The position numbers and the translations under genes were made by a program. A stretch of DNA of 64,000 nt. Source: Eledone cirrhosa (Eukaryota). The stretch's first letter is position 1; the number at the start of each line of letters is the position of its first letter. Below the pieces are notes generated by a model, which was not told the DNA's origin, did no database searches, and worked only from the letters and a program-made list of their open reading frames with translations. The DNA is taken from the NCBI GenBank assembly GCA_964016885.1, contig OZ024741.1:393824001-393888000 (forward strand), read 5' to 3'. Shown here piece by piece: positions 60,001 to 64,000 of the stretch.

Positions 60001-60110
60001 TCTAACACGTGTTTCATCACCGATTGCATATTTGCCCACAAAAGATAAATAGAGAAGTATTATCTATTCATTCACTCGCCTTACATCTATTACCGGTGAA
60101 TCATCAGAGA
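60001..60110 (-). ncRNA. Hammerhead with extended stem II, downstream of the PLE ORF
   Basis: TCT-CTGATGA-TTCACCGGT..ATCGGTGAT-GAAA-CACGTG-TT^-AGA. Confidence 0.7.
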
Positions 60111-60539
60111 AAAATAATAATACAATGATAAGTTTTTAAGTGAAGAAAAGAAAGAGGAGGAAGGGACGTAAATAGCAGCCTATAGGCTCCAAGTATTTTT
60201 GGTACCGTTGGAGTAAGAAATACCATTGGCTGAGAAGGAAATATTCTATAGATCAAAGAAAACAATTTTTGGTAATGGGAGTGTTTGTTGTAGTGAAAAG
60301 AAACTATAAATTAATTAGCTTTGGTAGTTTATACGTGACAATTATAGATAAGGGGAATTTTGAAATAGTAAATTTGGCGCCAGTTGGCTTCGTCATAAAG
60401 ATCGACTAGTCAAAGGAGATCATTTTAAAGGAAAATGGAAATGGGGTTGTATGATCTCATCATGGGTTAGCTTAGAGAATGTTTTAGGTATGTATGTTTA
60501 CAGTTGAATATTTTATACTGTTTAGAGTTTAGTTAATTC

Positions 60540-62270
60540 TTCCCTGTCATGATTTCCAATACTTACATCGCACAAAGATCATAATCCTTTCACGTTGATA
60601 GGGGTGGCATAGCGTAAAATGGACCACCGCAGTTTATATTCTTTGTTTCTTTTTTTTCGTGCTTTAAGTCCCATATTTGTCTTGCCAGTGATGTGGATTT
60701 GCGAAGTTCGGTATTCTTAAAAGAATGCTTTTGCACATACCATCTTTTCTTTAAAATTTTAGATGTGGCCCCAACATTTAAATATACCAAGGCTTGTTGT
60801 AATTATGGAATGGTACACGGTGTTATTATTCATGCATTTTCTCGAGGGGTGGGAGAACCATTGGGTTGCCTGCAGTTACGTTCTACAAGTGCAGAGTTTT
60901 TGTTCGAGAATTATCAATTGTTTCAATCGGCATAAGTCTCGAATTTATGTTCGTGAGGTTAGTATTTCTACCGTATTTACGACCGTGTGTATGTAATGTT
61001 TTCATCCCTGTTATGATGTGTTTCGGAAGTAAATGATGATATCCTTGACCATCTGTTGTATTACGAATATATTCTAGTCCTTCCTCATAACCAGCTTTCC
61101 GCAGTGTCGCATTATGTACTTCTGGAAGTTGAAAGTTTAGAAATCCTAAGTGATACACCTTTGGAGATTGAGTTTATTATGGATCTAGGGTAATTGGAGT
61201 ATCGGCTAATATATGTTAGATCTTCATTATTTTTATGGTAAGGCTCAAACAGAGCAGAGTTGAGATCGAGGGTAAACTCTAGGAAATTAACTAGTTTATA
61301 ATTATGTTCAAATGTTATTTTCAGGCCCATACGCTTAAAGAAGGATCTTATAGTTTTTCTTCTTCGTTCTAACCTTTAACCACTGAAATTCTGAACTAAT
61401 AAAAGAGCATCATCTCTATATATTCCACCTTGAAGGTCAGCACATTCGATATGTAGGTTATGTGTTAGGCAAACTCCGACTAAGTCCGTAACATACGCCA
61501 AGTCAAAATTATTAGTTCTATCCATACGTGTCCAATATTCGTTATCAAACATTTATGAGTGAACGTCTAGAAGCTACTCTTACGTAAACCTCATCTTTAG
61601 TTACGTCGGAGTTACGCATAGCAAACGCAAGGGCCATTTCCCAAGAACAAGTGAAATAGATGAGTAATAGTCCTTGATATCAAACTGTATGAACTTGGAT
61701 GCTTGTTTGGCTTCTATCTTGGTATAACCGTTCAATAACCTCGTCAGTGTTGCCGCAAAGTTTAATTGATAATCTATTTCTTATTTGAATTAATACTCTG
61801 TCTAGTATATTCTTACCAATACGACCTATATCGAATTTAGTGGGACATATGAGTCTGATAGAGGGATTGGATTCAAAGTTATTCTTATGATCTACTATGT
61901 TTGCGGAGACATTTATTGTTTAATCCTGCTATGAAGCTTTCTAATTTAGTTGAAGTAGAGTATGAGAGTCTGACTGTTTTTCTATTTAAGTGTGTGAGGA
62001 CCGAGATAATGTCTGTGTCTACTCGCGACATCATGGGCATATAAAACATTTTGAGTAAGCATCGTAAATTTTATTCGATTTGTATATAATTAACCTCGAT
62101 TTCACAACAGGACAGAGAGTAATTGGGATCTGTACCAGTATAAGGGCTGAGTTTAAATTTTTATTTCATTCAATTGGGTAATTGTACTTTGTGTGGTGTA
62201 TTTTTGGCTAGTTTAGTTTTGTTGTATTTAGATTTTTATCGGGTTATGAAAGGGAAAATTATTCACATAT
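60540..62270 (-). mobile_element. Penelope-like element (RT + GIY-YIG), degenerate
   Basis: DHKNNFESNPSIRLICPTKFDIGRIGK, GLKITFE..VNFLEFTLDL..EPYHK..SNYP, NVGAT..KKRWY..HSFK..STSLARQIWDLK. Confidence 0.85.
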
Positions 62271-62289
62271 ACATACATTTATAGATATA

Positions 62290-63133
62290 CGAGGTGTGTC
62301 TGAAAAGTAACAGGACTTGGTGTGCTGTGTGAGCTATGAATGGGTTAGGGATTTGAGGACTGTGTCTTCGTGTGACGTAATATCCGAGGAGTATATAACT
62401 GCGATCTCAGCTCTCTGCAGCCATTGTGTTTTCTTTTTCTTTTTTTTTTGCGTGCTTTTGTTAACAGCTACTAAATTTTAGGCCGTCAAGTGATGGGCAC
62501 AGGGCAACAAACCAACCTGAAGCTTCGGGTCTGGCTGAAGCTCTCTGAATACTGCAGCAAGTGTACGGAGATGAGACAATATCGCGCTCACGGATTTTCA
62601 AGTGTAACAAAAGGTTTAAAGGGACGCGAGGACGTGGAAGACGACTCCAGGAGCGGGAGGCCTTCAGCGAGAATGACTGAGGTCAACATTGAGCATGTGA
62701 GGTAGGTGGTGCGTGGCTACTTTCGGCTGACTGTTTGACTGATTGCAAGTGAGCTGGGCAGGAATTGCGACAACGTTTGCAGGATTATCACCAAAGATTT
62801 AGCCATGCGGAAGATTGCCCGCCCACAACGGTCTGGGCATCCGGCAGTTCCTGGCCGAGAAGAACAACGCCGTACTGGAGAACCTTCTTATTTACCTGAT
62901 CTCACTCCGTGGGACTTTTTCTTTCCTCAACCTCAAGGGGGTCATCAAGGAGACCCGTTTTGAAGGCGAGGAGGCAATCAAGAGGGCCATAACGAAAGAG
63001 CTGAGGAGCATCCCAGAAGAATCCTTCCAGCAGTACAGAGAAGCATGACAGTGAAGGATGGAAAAGTGCATTAGAGGGGATTACATTGAAGGGGAAACCA
63101 TGTATTTGTTGTTTGGAATTGAAATAATCTTGA

Positions 63134-63135
<2 letters not shown>
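62290..63135 (+). mobile_element. Tc1/mariner element, internally deleted
   Basis: TA|CGAGGTGTGTCTGAAAAGTAAC end; GREDVEDDSRSGRP, PAHN, LKGVIKETRF motifs. Confidence 0.85.
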
Positions 63136-63185
<50 letters not shown>

Positions 63186-64000
63186 TTAATAATAAAATAT
63201 ATAATATATGTGAAGCCGACTTCGGCAAGATTTGAACATTTTAACGAAGAATCTTGAGTTACGCAACGCTGTCTGCGTGTTAGTCCGGCGTTTCACTGTT
63301 TCTACTGACTAGTAAAGAAAAGAACCATTATTGCTGTATTTTAATAGAAATTTCAGATCGATAGCAGTATAATACTTTCTGCATCTCAGTTCTTTTTTTA
63401 AACCAGCCTGATGAAATGAGTGAAAGGGTAATAGTATTAGCAGAGGCATGAGTTACAGTACAGCTACTAATGCGGATAGTATTATTGATGGGCATAATTT
63501 TAACGATTAATGGAGAAAAGAGAGACAAATTTGTTGGTTGAAAAACTAAGAAGAATAAATAACACGAGGATTGGCTCACGAAATTTATGATATACGATAG
63601 AATAAAACTGCTTCTAACTGGTGAATGAACTGTATAGCATTAGCAATATATAAAAACGCAACAGCAACATAAAACAACAGCAAAAACTAACCTACACTAG
63701 CATCACGAACGAAATGAGTGAATTAAAGAAAACCTAAACAGCACTATCACAGCTGAGCTACTCGCACACTGACACATACATATAGACTCAAACATACACA
63801 CACGATACACCCAATATATACACACAAATACACATACACCCAATCGATACGGCTCCATCAGTGTCAATTGCGGTCATGATAGCAATACAATTTTTTACAA
63901 GTTGCACTTATGAATATTGAAGAATTTGTATGTAAAACTAATTTCGATAAATAATTTTATTTGTAATGATTACAAGTACTGATTAAATTAGAAACGGCAA

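Noticed and set aside
63182-63300. Helitron-like 5' end TCTTTAATAATAAAA
   Set aside because: No convincing hairpin-CTAG terminus identified
63408-63435. CTGATGA..GAAA hammerhead-like motif
   Set aside because: No stem II or stem I pairing

Overview
AT-rich, microsatellite-saturated eukaryotic DNA. Its SINE families resemble octopod cephalopod SINEs (inference from recalled consensus, no search run). I can support no intact host protein-coding gene; most ORFs in the track are translations of (TA)n/(CA)n/(GA)n tracts. The window is a mosaic of decayed mobile elements: an autonomous Helitron fragment plus non-autonomous Helitrons, RTE, CRE-like, Tx1/L1, R4/Dong-like and CR1-like LINEs, Penelope-like elements (PLEs, RT + GIY-YIG), a hAT-like and a mariner remnant, and tRNA-derived SINEs. 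The most striking unannotated signal is a dense set of type-I hammerhead ribozyme motifs: about 12 with intact CUGANGA/GAAA cores, 4 CCGANGA variants and several degenerate or half copies, in many distinct sequence families. Most lie in short non-coding fold-back elements (arms up to ~550 bp) wedged into (TA)n tracts. Two lie directly downstream of PLE GIY-YIG coding remnants, which ties the set to Penelope-type retrotransposition. All coordinates and pairings were read by eye.
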